From IMG/VR virus record IMGVR_UViG_3300025015_000001: a DNA stretch of 64,000 nt; one strand, given 5' to 3'. A program made the position numbers and the translations under genes. This document shows positions 19,623 to 27,447 of the stretch, piece by piece (position 1 is the first letter of the stretch; each line of letters begins with the position of its first letter). Origin of the DNA: a virus. The notes beneath the pieces are model-generated. The model was not told the origin of the DNA, ran no database searches, and saw only the letters and a program-made list of their open reading frames with translations.

Positions 19623-19678
19623 TCCTAACCGTCAATCAACGCGGACGGCTTCCATCTGCCGTTATTTCGGCGTTAATA
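19623..19678 (+). other. attC site 5
   Basis: TCCTAAC CGTCA ATCAACGC...CGTTATT TCGGC GTTAATA. Confidence 0.8.
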
Positions 19679-19680
19679 TC

Positions 19681-19860
19681 CTACTTTTGTTTTTTTGGAT
19701 AAGCAATATTTAGCGTCCATGATATTGTAGTATTCTTTCCACAATGCCTACATGCCCATTCAACTGAATACCCTTGAGGGACATCAAACTGGAAATTAAG
19801 AGGGGTAATATTTCTTTTTTCACAATGAATACATTTCCAATTAAACTTTGTTTTATCCAT
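19681..19860 (-). CDS. cassette-borne zinc-ribbon protein (59 aa)
   Basis: Manually translated MDKTKFNWKCIHC...ACRHCGK. Confidence 0.6.
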   Translation of the reverse strand: MDKTKFNWKCIHCEKRNITPLNFQFDVPQGYSVEWACRHCGKNTTISWTLNIAYPKKQK

Positions 19861-19876
19861 ATACGTATCTCATCTC

Positions 19877-19925
19877 ACCCAACCAGCCGTTCAAGCCGAT
19901 GAACGACTTAACTCATTCGTTATAT
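19877..19925 (+). other. attC site 6 (short)
   Basis: ACCCAAC CAGCC GTTCAAGC CGATGAACG ACTTAAC TCATTC GTTATAT. Confidence 0.8.
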
Positions 19926-20330
19926 TTTGAAAATCACTATTGCACTCGGAAAAGGCGCACTGTTGGCTTGCCCTCCGAATTTCAGCCGTCCTCTAATAAA
20001 TCTTATTTCACCCTTTACCGCGTAATCGTGCCACCATGCCGTGTCCGTTCTCGCCGGAACAAGACAAACCACCGTTGCACCGGCGCGTGAGCTTTCGTAT
20101 GCCTTACGCATCCAGCGGGCTATTTCCCGGCCATACGGCTGGTTCATCCAGCAGATCCCGCGCCACTCTTGCTTTAAGCCGTCTTGTTCCGGCGAGAAGA
20201 AGCGCGGACACTTTGCGTTTTCCGGTATCGCGCATACGTCAAGAGCAAAACCAAATTCCTCGTGCAATTTGTCGAACGTGGCCTGTGGTGTGCTCCATAA
20301 ATCTGTCTCTGACGAAAAATGTACGTTCAT
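19920..20330 (-). CDS. phage DNA N6-adenine methyltransferase (Dam-like, PF05869 type)
   Basis: DLWSTPQ..F..L..EFGFALDVCA; WMNQPY (NPPY variant); LVPARTDTAWW; GRLKF; APFPS. Confidence 0.88.
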   Translation of the reverse strand: MNVHFSSETDLWSTPQATFDKLHEEFGFALDVCAIPENAKCPRFFSPEQDGLKQEWRGICWMNQPYGREIARWMRKAYESSRAGATVVCLVPARTDTAWWHDYAVKGEIRFIRGRLKFGGQANSAPFPSAIVIFKI

Positions 20331-20342
20331 AAAAACCTCAAA

Positions 20343-20401
20343 ATATAACCAGTCATTCGAGCCGACTCCGCTTCGCTGCGCGGCTCAATTCTTTGTTATG
20401 T
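20343..20401 (+). other. attC site 7 (aadA-like 59-be)
   Basis: ATATAAC CAGTC ATTCGAGC CGACTCCGCTTCGCTGCGCG GCTCAAT TCTTT GTTATGT, close to the classical aadA attC top strand. Confidence 0.92.
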
Positions 20402-20956
20402 GCTCTTTTTGTCCGTTGTTTCATACTCCGCTGCGGATTCCTTGTAGTAGGCATCCATCTGCTTCATTGTCACTTTCTTCCAGTCTTGGAACGTCCGAGG
20501 GTTCCGGTAGTCGCTGAACTGGAAGCGGTTACGGACATCCAATGTCACGGAACCGTCATCGTGAAAAACGGGCTGGCATCCCAGGACAATGTAAGCGTCA
20601 TTCTTGCGGCAGACCTTGTGCCAGCGGTCGTTAAACTCGAACTGCTTGTCATCCCATTTCCACTGTGGGCGATTTGCTACCCGTTCGCGGTCATAGAAGT
20701 TGAGCCCGACATTTTCCCACCAGCAAAGTTCCCCATCCTCGATACTTTCCAGCAGGTACTTCGGCCATCCATTGTTCTGGTCATATTCCCGGAACCAAGA
20801 CAGATACCACTTTGACGGCGGTGCAGAGGTCAGCGAAACGAGGTCGCCGACTTGTGGCTTATCGTTACCAAAATCCGACCGCCAATCCTTATTGTTGATC
20901 GTCGGAAACGACATCAACTCACTCAGTATCATCAATCTCGCTCTATTTTTTGCCAC
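20396..20956 (-). CDS. cassette-borne hypothetical protein (Trp-rich)
   Basis: GTG start after a GGGG SD; TAA stop within R'. Confidence 0.7.
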   Translation of the reverse strand: MAKNRARLMILSELMSFPTINNKDWRSDFGNDKPQVGDLVSLTSAPPSKWYLSWFREYDQNNGWPKYLLESIEDGELCWWENVGLNFYDRERVANRPQWKWDDKQFEFNDRWHKVCRKNDAYIVLGCQPVFHDDGSVTLDVRNRFQFSDYRNPRTFQDWKKVTMKQMDAYYKESAAEYETTDKKST

Positions 20957-20976
20957 GTAATCCCCCTTGAATCCGC

Positions 20977-21037
20977 ACATAACAAGCCGCAGCAGACAGA
21001 CTGCGCTCCGCTTGCTGCTGTGCTAAATACGTTAGGA
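20977..21037 (+). other. attC site 8
   Basis: ACATAAC AAGCC GCAGCAG...CTGTGC TAAATAC GTTAGGA. Confidence 0.8.
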
Positions 21038-21262
21038 TTTCACTTTGAGAATATCGGCCATTTCTTCGTCGGATAATTTATCATGCACTTTAATATGCTC
21101 CGCTCCGTGGACGATGAGCTGTTCGAGGTCGTAGGTGATAAAACCAAAAGACACCCACCCAAGACAAACGCGGTACAAGAATCCTGCCGCAATTTCGATC
21201 CTGAAACCGCCGTATGTTTTCCCGATACAAAAATATCCGCTGAATCCGCGTGGTATATTCAA
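21032..21262 (-). CDS. cassette-borne hypothetical protein
   Basis: GGAGGAG SD with a TTG start; TAA stop within R'. Confidence 0.6.
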   Translation of the reverse strand: MNIPRGFSGYFCIGKTYGGFRIEIAAGFLYRVCLGWVSFGFITYDLEQLIVHGAEHIKVHDKLSDEEMADILKVKS

Positions 21263-21273
21263 AGCTCCTCCAA

Positions 21274-21331
21274 TCCTAACCATAAAATCGACGGCGACGC
21301 GCTTCGCTTGCGCGTCATTTTGGTGTTAATC
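21274..21331 (+). other. attC site 9
   Basis: TCCTAAC CATAA AATCGACG...CGTCATT TTGGT GTTAATC. Confidence 0.85.
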
Positions 21332-21589
21332 TATGCAATGCTTTTCTAACTCTCTGATCTGTGATAATAAGTCTGTCACTATCATTTTCTCAGTAGCAAG
21401 CTCTTCTTTGAGATGCTTATTCTCATTTTCGAGATATCGTAACTTGCAAAAAGGACAAATACCATCATGCAATACAGTCTTATCACAATCACAAGTCTCA
21501 AGACTAACGCCAGCATCCAGCGGACTCACTATCTCCCGGCCTGTGCTTTTCTCGTATGTCTTGCCGTCTTTAAACTCTATATTGTCCAT
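21326..21589 (-). CDS. cassette-borne hypothetical protein with Zn-finger and coiled-coil features
   Basis: GGAG SD; CDC...CPFC; TAA stop within R'. Confidence 0.6.
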   Translation of the reverse strand: MDNIEFKDGKTYEKSTGREIVSPLDAGVSLETCDCDKTVLHDGICPFCKLRYLENENKHLKEELATEKMIVTDLLSQIRELEKHCID

Positions 21590-21621
21590 ATATCTCCTGC
21601 CGCTGGATGCTGGCGTTAGGC
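21502..21621 (+). other. attC-like site 10 with perfect 20-bp arms
   Basis: CTAACGCCAGCATCCAGCGG (21504-21523) is the exact reverse complement of 21600-21619. Confidence 0.65.
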
Positions 21622-21800
21622 TCCAACAACTCAACCCCGACCACGTTGGCATGTGAATATGCCCCGTAGGCATCGCGCAGGTACTTTTCTACTTCTGGAA
21701 TATCCAGATCAAATGTTTTGTGCTTTGTTTCCACGCTAACGCTACCACCAACATTTGCAGCCATACTTGCATCATCTACTCGAACTATTATGCGAATCAT
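21570..21800 (-). CDS. cassette-borne hypothetical protein
   Basis: GGAGAGG SD; first gene downstream of the array promoter. Confidence 0.6.
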   Translation of the reverse strand: MIRIIVRVDDASMAANVGGSVSVETKHKTFDLDIPEVEKYLRDAYGAYSHANVVGVELLEPNASIQRQEIYGQYRV

Positions 21801-21823
21801 TGCATCCTCTCCATTTCTTTTGC

Positions 21824-21882
21824 GCCTAACTGGCGCTTCAACCGGACGCCCGAACTGCCTTGTTATAATCTAGGCGTTACAT
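21824..21882 (+). other. terminal attC site 11 (degenerate right arm)
   Basis: GCCTAAC TGGCG CTTCAACC...GGC GTTACAT. Confidence 0.6.
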
Positions 21883-21909
21883 TGTATATCATTTATCTTA
21901 AAAAGTCAA
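21881..21909 (-). promoter_or_regulatory. sigma70-type promoter pointing into the cassette array
   Basis: TTGACT (21909-21904)-N17-TACAAT (21886-21881). Confidence 0.7.
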
Positions 21910-21911
21910 TA

Positions 21912-22568
21912 TTAACATTTTCTGTTTAATCTTGTATTTATAATGCTTAATTGATTACTATAAATATGCAGCCCATCCGAGGCGTAATATATTTTACCAT
22001 TTTCTAAATTTGCCTCGGAGGATACTAGTTGTTTTAATAATTCTAACCCCGCCAAATTTGTTGGAAAGCCTCCGTAAAGATCGTTTGATCTAAAGAATAT
22101 AGACATGTTTAATTTATTGTCTACTACTTTGAAAGTAAGCGTTCTGAGGCATGGTGGGTCAGTCTTAAATATATCACCAGAAGAAGCTATCTCAAGCGCA
22201 GCTTGATTCGTATATGGAGTAGCTTTTAACATCTCTATCAGTGTGTTTATATATGGTTTTATACGAGAACCATACGTGTAAATTTCATTTTCTTTTAACT
22301 CATCATTCATTAAATACATAGCAAAATAATCTTCTACATATGACATAGTAGTGGGGGCCAATGATTCCATTCCCTGCGGCATAATAGGAATCATATCTAT
22401 ACTTGGGTGCTCTATTTCTATTGCGACAAAAGGGTATTGTATTCTATAGTTTTCCTCACCAGAAAAAGACCCTCTTTGTATGATCTGTTTGTATCCATAC
22501 TCTTGTATGTTGTATAACAGTCCAAACCATGCATCCGAGATACTGTAATATTTATTTGAATAAATCAT
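21912..22568 (-). CDS. thyA: thymidylate synthase family protein (short type)
   Basis: YTYGSR, DPPCL (catalytic Cys), FRSNDLYGGFPTN (Asn implies a dUMP substrate), LHIY. Confidence 0.8.
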   Translation of the reverse strand: MIYSNKYYSISDAWFGLLYNIQEYGYKQIIQRGSFSGEENYRIQYPFVAIEIEHPSIDMIPIMPQGMESLAPTTMSYVEDYFAMYLMNDELKENEIYTYGSRIKPYINTLIEMLKATPYTNQAALEIASSGDIFKTDPPCLRTLTFKVVDNKLNMSIFFRSNDLYGGFPTNLAGLELLKQLVSSEANLENGKIYYASDGLHIYSNQLSIINTRLNRKC

Positions 22569-23085
22569 TATGTACCCCCCATGTATCTATCTCATTATAT
22601 AAATTTATGATAGAGCTATTGTTATATATAACTGAATCAAATGAAAAGTTATCTAAGGCGGTCTCACTCACATCCCCTTGGCCGAAAAAAGATTTGCGAA
22701 AAATACTGTTTCGTTCTAGTCTAATGATTTTTCCTCCGTAAGCGGACACCGCCTTATATTCATTTGGAAATCTTATGTCAGAAATAACGTAGTTTTTATT
22801 AGGTAAAACTTTATCGATACATCTGTCTACCCAAAAATTAGCATATATTCCTCGGTAAAATTGACCAGTGATCTGTAATATTTCTCTTGGTGTTTTATTA
22901 TATCTTTTGTCTACCGCATTTTTTAATTCACCATACATCTGTTCTTTAGACAAATCAAAATCTATGGAACATTTTATCTTTAGTTCATCTGCAAATGCCA
23001 ATTTTATAAAATTGTACTTGTCTACTAAGTAACTAGCTAAACAATCCTTCCCAGAACCAGCTTTTCCTGAAACCCCGATTATCAT
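22552..23085 (-). CDS. deoxynucleoside monophosphate kinase
   Basis: GKAGSGKD, AFADELK, PREILQ, ISDIRFPNE, SETALD. Confidence 0.88.
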   Translation of the reverse strand: MIIGVSGKAGSGKDCLASYLVDKYNFIKLAFADELKIKCSIDFDLSKEQMYGELKNAVDKRYNKTPREILQITGQFYRGIYANFWVDRCIDKVLPNKNYVISDIRFPNEYKAVSAYGGKIIRLERNSIFRKSFFGQGDVSETALDNFSFDSVIYNNSSIINLYNEIDTWGVHNDLFK

Positions 23086-23171
23086 AATTCAACTCTACCT
23101 TTTTTTCTTCTTGTTGTGCTATTAATATATTTATTTGTTATTTGTAATTGATCCTCAAAACTAGCTATATC

Positions 23172-23390
23172 TCAATCACAATTTTTGTAGCCGCAAATAC
23201 TACAATCAGTAATACAGTCTAACATTTTTACTATAAAATGTCTAGTACAATTTTTACTATTTACTTTTGCACACTTTAAGCACATATATGAGTGCTCCTC
23301 AACAGTATCTAATAATAAAATCGCATACTGACAGTCCTTACATAATTCATTCCCAGGGGAATTATTTATTATTTTGTGTTTGCTGCTCAA
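23172..23390 (-). CDS. Cys-rich hypothetical protein
   Basis: Several CxxC pairs. Confidence 0.5.
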   Translation of the reverse strand: MSSKHKIINNSPGNELCKDCQYAILLLDTVEEHSYMCLKCAKVNSKNCTRHFIVKMLDCITDCSICGYKNCD

Positions 23391-23610
23391 GCTTTATAAT
23401 TTCCTTATACAGTAATTTGTGACATAATTTTGATAGTCTTTCGTAGCATTCTTCTGTAGTCTCTACTTCCTTCTCCCCCAATGAGGAGATAGTCTTAGTC
23501 TTAATCTTGAATTGTGGATCGTCTTCTACTTCCACAGAAGGACGCACATTCTCAAAATTTCCTATATTAATAGTCTGACTCAGTCCCACTCTTATTTTCA
23601 CTACATTCAT
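23362..23610 (-). CDS. hypothetical protein
   Basis: ORF with an SD. Confidence 0.65.
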   Translation of the reverse strand: MNVVKIRVGLSQTINIGNFENVRPSVEVEDDPQFKIKTKTISSLGEKEVETTEECYERLSKLCHKLLYKEIIKLEQQTQNNK

Positions 23611-23896
23611 CTCCTTTATCTTTTAATGTATTTAAAATACAAATAGTATGCCGTAGTTTACCTACTCTAAAGTAACTAAATCCCCATGGTATTTCTTTTC
23701 CTGTTTTAGTCCAATTTTTACGAGCATCTCCTTTGCTCTTGAAAATATTTGTCATAACCAGGATGTCATACATATCTTTATCTGGGGTTATTTCAATTGT
23801 TATATCATCGTGTAAATTACCTTCGTGATCTCCAAAAAATAATTCTGCATCTCCTGACTGATTACTATCGTTTAATATTATAAAATTAAAATCCAT
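23567..23896 (-). CDS. hypothetical protein
   Basis: ORF in the operon. Confidence 0.65.
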   Translation of the reverse strand: MDFNFIILNDSNQSGDAELFFGDHEGNLHDDITIEITPDKDMYDILVMTNIFKSKGDARKNWTKTGKEIPWGFSYFRVGKLRHTICILNTLKDKGDECSENKSGTESDY

Positions 23897-24035
23897 TGCT
23901 TTTACTTAGCACTCCATACATTTATTATAGATGCTATGAGATACTTAGGGTCAATCATATCCCAAGCACAAGATCCCATCCCTATCTCATATTCTATCTT
24001 AGCAATAAGTTCTTCTGTTATGTCTGTATCTCTAA

Positions 24036-24389
24036 TCATAGCTCAATTTTCTTTATATTATTTAATGCATTTGCTGGAGCTAATATTATCCCGGAACACT
24101 TTGCCATAATTCCTTCATAATTTTTGTATAATTGCATTGTATCAGTAATCTCTGATATTGCTCCAATATGAACGTGAATATCCGATGGCTTGTCTACCCC
24201 ATGAATAATTGGCTGTAACATAGCACCAACTTGCATTATTACTCCTTCTGGAGTAAGCGCATTTACATCTCTTATTTTAAAAGCATCATATAGGCTAAGC
24301 CCAAAATCACCATCATAATTTTTTATCTTACCAATATATGATGAACCACCTGTGTCCACCAAAACTAATGTATCATTTTGATATTTCAT
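24036..24389 (-). CDS. hypothetical protein
   Basis: ORF abutting the recA stop codon. Confidence 0.7.
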   Translation of the reverse strand: MKYQNDTLVLVDTGGSSYIGKIKNYDGDFGLSLYDAFKIRDVNALTPEGVIMQVGAMLQPIIHGVDKPSDIHVHIGAISEITDTMQLYKNYEGIMAKCSGIILAPANALNNIKKIEL

Positions 24390-26680
24390 TTAATCTCCTT
24401 TAACTTACTCTCAATTTCTTTTTTAATATTATCGTTAGCTTCTAAATACTCTATAGTCTTATCTCTGCCATGTCCAATGTTTTCTCCGTTATATTTATAC
24501 CAGGCTCCTGACTTTTCTATTATACCATAATTTTCAGATAAGTCAACAATTTCTCCTATACGATCAATACCTTTTCCATAAATTAAATCAAAATCACACT
24601 CACTGAACGGTGGTGCTACCTTATTTTTAACAACCTTTACATGAACCTTTTGCCCAAGTATCTTATCGCCCTCTTTTATAGTTTCCCTTTTCTTTGTCTC
24701 CAACCTAACAGAAGAATAAAATTTGAGAGCATTTCCTGATGTAGTAACATTCGGGTCACCATACGAAATAAGTTTTTGCCTTATTTGATTGATGAATATT
24801 GCTATTGTATTTGTTTTTGATATAGTAGCTGTGAGCTTTCTACAGTTGTGTACAACCATATTATCTATAATGAAATTAGGAGAATCGTTTACAGATATAT
24901 CATATACTTTAGACATGCCACATTCTGTTACTGATTCCACCTTTGACCAACATAATTCTCCGTTAGATAAATCAAATAGTTCCTCATTTTTTATAAATTT
25001 AGATATTTTAAATAAAATATCACGTGAAATTTTTAATCTATTTGGCCTAAATTCTGGGAAGGAGGTTCTGTTTGTATAACCAATCAAATGTGATATGTCT
25101 TTCCCAGTAAAACCAGCAGCATATGTATATTTTTTTATCTTTTCAAAAACTGAGTAAGGCAACATCTCTTCTCTAGAAATTTGATCTGATTTATACTCCT
25201 TATTTTTAAATAAGGCTCTAAGTTTAGCGTCCTTACAACCAACCAAACCTATGCTATCCAAAAATATTTTAGTATTTTTTCGTCCTAAAATATTTAATTT
25301 ATACAAATTATGGTAAGGTTCTCTAGTTGACATTATTATTTTACTATGAATCCCAAAGCGTAGTAATAAATGTTTTAGTTGCTTAATCATTTTCTGTGAC
25401 GTTGAGCTGTACACAATGTTACCATTAACAACATGCCCGTCTGTAGACCATAATCTAGAGATAAATAAAGCCAGCTCAGTATTATTTAGCGTAAAGATTT
25501 CGCTTGGTATGTATTTTTGTGGAGATTTTTTGCCATGCATCCCTAATTTCTTTAATAGTTCTTTTACTGGTGACTTAAAAGACCCTAAAGGTAGACTCTC
25601 GTCTTTTATTATACGGTAACTTTTATGGTCTATTGCTTTTAACTTACAATTAAAACTTTTTAGTGCATCAGCTAAGTCACTAATTACTACTGGGTCCATC
25701 TTAGTAAAGCTAAGGCCATAGTTAGGTGTTGTAAAATTACCATCTCCTAAAATATAAGCTATTATTTTTATGGCGTCCGAACTCAGCGTTGTCTTGTAAT
25801 TTTTTATTTCTGGTATTCTGTATGGGGTTGCTATATAGTCCGTTGGTGTTAAATCCTTAACATCTTTCCAGCCGATAAATGTTAATACTTTATGATCCCC
25901 GGTTAATTTCAGTACACTACTATTATCTAATTTTACTTTATATACTGTCCTACTTCCTTGGTCAAACCAATCGCCTATACTAGAGATAATAAATTTCTTA
26001 GTGCCTTCATTGTATGTTGTGGTATTCCAATCTAATTTGTTATTAACAATATTTTTGATAGTCTCAATATTTCCGGTCAAAGGGTCAAATAATTCTGTAT
26101 CTTCCGCCAAGCATGCTTGACTGAGCAAGCGGGCTTGGAGCCCCATATGACTCTGCCCCATCTCCCCCTCTAACTCAGCTTTTGGTACTAAGGCTGCAAC
26201 AGAATCGATCACCACCACCCCTATTGAACCGCTGCTTATCAATGTATCCGCTATCTCAAGTGCTTCTTCTCCCGTTGTCGTCTGGCTTATAAGTAATTCA
26301 TTTACATTAACTCCATATGTTTTAGCTAAATTAATATCCAAAGCATGCTCAGCATCTATGAAAGCACACGTCTCACCCAACTTCTGGGCTTCCCTTATTA
26401 CGTGCAACGCTAACGTCGTCTTGGAAGACCCCTCGAATCCATATATTTCAACTATCCTCCCGCGCGGAAGCCCTCCTACTCCTAAAGCATTATCAAGCCC
26501 CATGGACCCTGTGGATATGGTTTCTGTCTTTTCTATATTAGCACTATTAAATTTCATAATAGCACCATTACCAAACTGTTTCTTTATATCAGCAAGCGCT
26601 TTATCTAGGCTTTCTACTTTACCTTTTTTTTCTATTTCTTGATAAGATGTTTCTTCTTTTACTTTCTTTTCTCTTGCCAT
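24386..26680 (-). CDS. recA: RecA recombinase containing an intein
   Basis: [46 protein letters not shown]; start refined to MAREKK. Confidence 0.95.
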   Translation of the reverse strand: MAREKKVKEETSYQEIEKKGKVESLDKALADIKKQFGNGAIMKFNSANIEKTETISTGSMGLDNALGVGGLPRGRIVEIYGFEGSSKTTLALHVIREAQKLGETCAFIDAEHALDINLAKTYGVNVNELLISQTTTGEEALEIADTLISSGSIGVVVIDSVAALVPKAELEGEMGQSHMGLQARLLSQACLAEDTELFDPLTGNIETIKNIVNNKLDWNTTTYNEGTKKFIISSIGDWFDQGSRTVYKVKLDNSSVLKLTGDHKVLTFIGWKDVKDLTPTDYIATPYRIPEIKNYKTTLSSDAIKIIAYILGDGNFTTPNYGLSFTKMDPVVISDLADALKSFNCKLKAIDHKSYRIIKDESLPLGSFKSPVKELLKKLGMHGKKSPQKYIPSEIFTLNNTELALFISRLWSTDGHVVNGNIVYSSTSQKMIKQLKHLLLRFGIHSKIIMSTREPYHNLYKLNILGRKNTKIFLDSIGLVGCKDAKLRALFKNKEYKSDQISREEMLPYSVFEKIKKYTYAAGFTGKDISHLIGYTNRTSFPEFRPNRLKISRDILFKISKFIKNEELFDLSNGELCWSKVESVTECGMSKVYDISVNDSPNFIIDNMVVHNCRKLTATISKTNTIAIFINQIRQKLISYGDPNVTTSGNALKFYSSVRLETKKRETIKEGDKILGQKVHVKVVKNKVAPPFSECDFDLIYGKGIDRIGEIVDLSENYGIIEKSGAWYKYNGENIGHGRDKTIEYLEANDNIKKEIESKLKEIK
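24845..26113 (-). mobile_element. LAGLIDADG intein in recA (423 aa)
   Basis: SQA|CLAEDT...VVHN|CRKL; IAYILGDG and [10 protein letters not shown] endonuclease motifs. Confidence 0.92.
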
Positions 26681-26712
26681 GTAATTGCTCCTACTTTGCA
26701 TTTAATATGTTT

Positions 26713-26912
26713 GGGGCGGAGGTATCGGTCAGGAGATTTCACGTCGTTCCATTTCAAATAGGTTGATAGCTTGCAGATTCCGCCTCTGCCGGGGTACGCC
26801 CCTGAACTGTCAGCATCCTATTCTAGTCTGTCTATCCCTTATCACTTCCTCGACCCTCTGCATCGCTGCAGCCGCTCTTTGTGCGTCCACACCTAAATCT
26901 GAGCTACGCCCC
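26713..26912 (-). ncRNA. candidate 200-nt structured RNA (tRNA-like 5' half; SRP- or 6S-like alternatives)
   Basis: GC-rich island; closing stem GGGGCG/CGCCCC, GCTC/GAGC arm, CTGCA-GCGA-TGCAG hairpin, GAGG/CCTC, GGTC/GACC and AGGA/TCCT stems. Confidence 0.6.
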
Positions 26913-26916
26913 AATT

Positions 26917-27447
26917 TTATATATAACTCATCCCATAATATGCTATTAGCAAAGCTTCTGCACAGTTATGCTGATATTTATATTTAAATTTCACATCAAA
27001 TAATTCCTCTGCTAATTTTACTGAGTCTTCCTTTTCTTTTTTAAGAAGCCCCAATGATTTCTTCCACGCTTGCGGTGAAATTAGTTCAACTTTTATCCCC
27101 ATCCCTATTAATAACCCTTCTATCAGCCCGCATGCTTTCATAAATCTACCAGAACTGCTTATACCCTGCTTCTCCCCAGCCGTGTTCATGGCATGCACTT
27201 TTTCGATAATCACTGTTATGGTAGTTATATCATAAGATGCTATTGTGTCTTTTAGTGCATATATATCTAACTCTGCCATTTTTCTATTAACAGACTTCCC
27301 TGTTTTCTTACTAACACGTTTTACTTGTTTATCTGTTGTTGGCAAATTAGCATTGTATAAGATATTTTTATCACTATCTATTATTGCAATTGCACCATTA
27401 GCAATTCCAGGATCTATACCTACATATAAATGCTTGATTTTATTCAA
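26917..27447 (-). CDS. RuvC-like Holliday junction resolvase
   Basis: VGIDPG, IIEKV, SPQAWKK, AEALLIA. Confidence 0.85.
   Translation of the reverse strand: MNKIKHLYVGIDPGIANGAIAIIDSDKNILYNANLPTTDKQVKRVSKKTGKSVNRKMAELDIYALKDTIASYDITTITVIIEKVHAMNTAGEKQGISSSGRFMKACGLIEGLLIGMGIKVELISPQAWKKSLGLLKKEKEDSVKLAEELFDVKFKYKYQHNCAEALLIAYYGMSYI

Larger units (their letters stand above)
17914..21882 (+). mobile_element. integron gene-cassette array without integrase (CALIN-like), about 11 attC sites
   Basis: Repeated RYYYAAC-N5-L''(extra base)...L'-N5/6-GTTRRRY hairpins; cassette ends complementary; GC visibly higher than the flanks; no intI in the window. Confidence 0.88.

Noticed and set aside
17914-21882. 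Complete integron (intI/attI) or CRISPR array
   Set aside because: No tyrosine recombinase or attI is recognisable in the window. The repeats are structure-conserved but sequence-diverse, with gene-sized inserts.
26713-26912. Canonical tRNA, tmRNA or RNase P RNA
   Set aside because: There is no 7-nt anticodon loop, TTC T-loop or CCA, no tag ORF, and the GAGGAAAGTCC and ACAGAA...GGCTTA hallmarks are missing.
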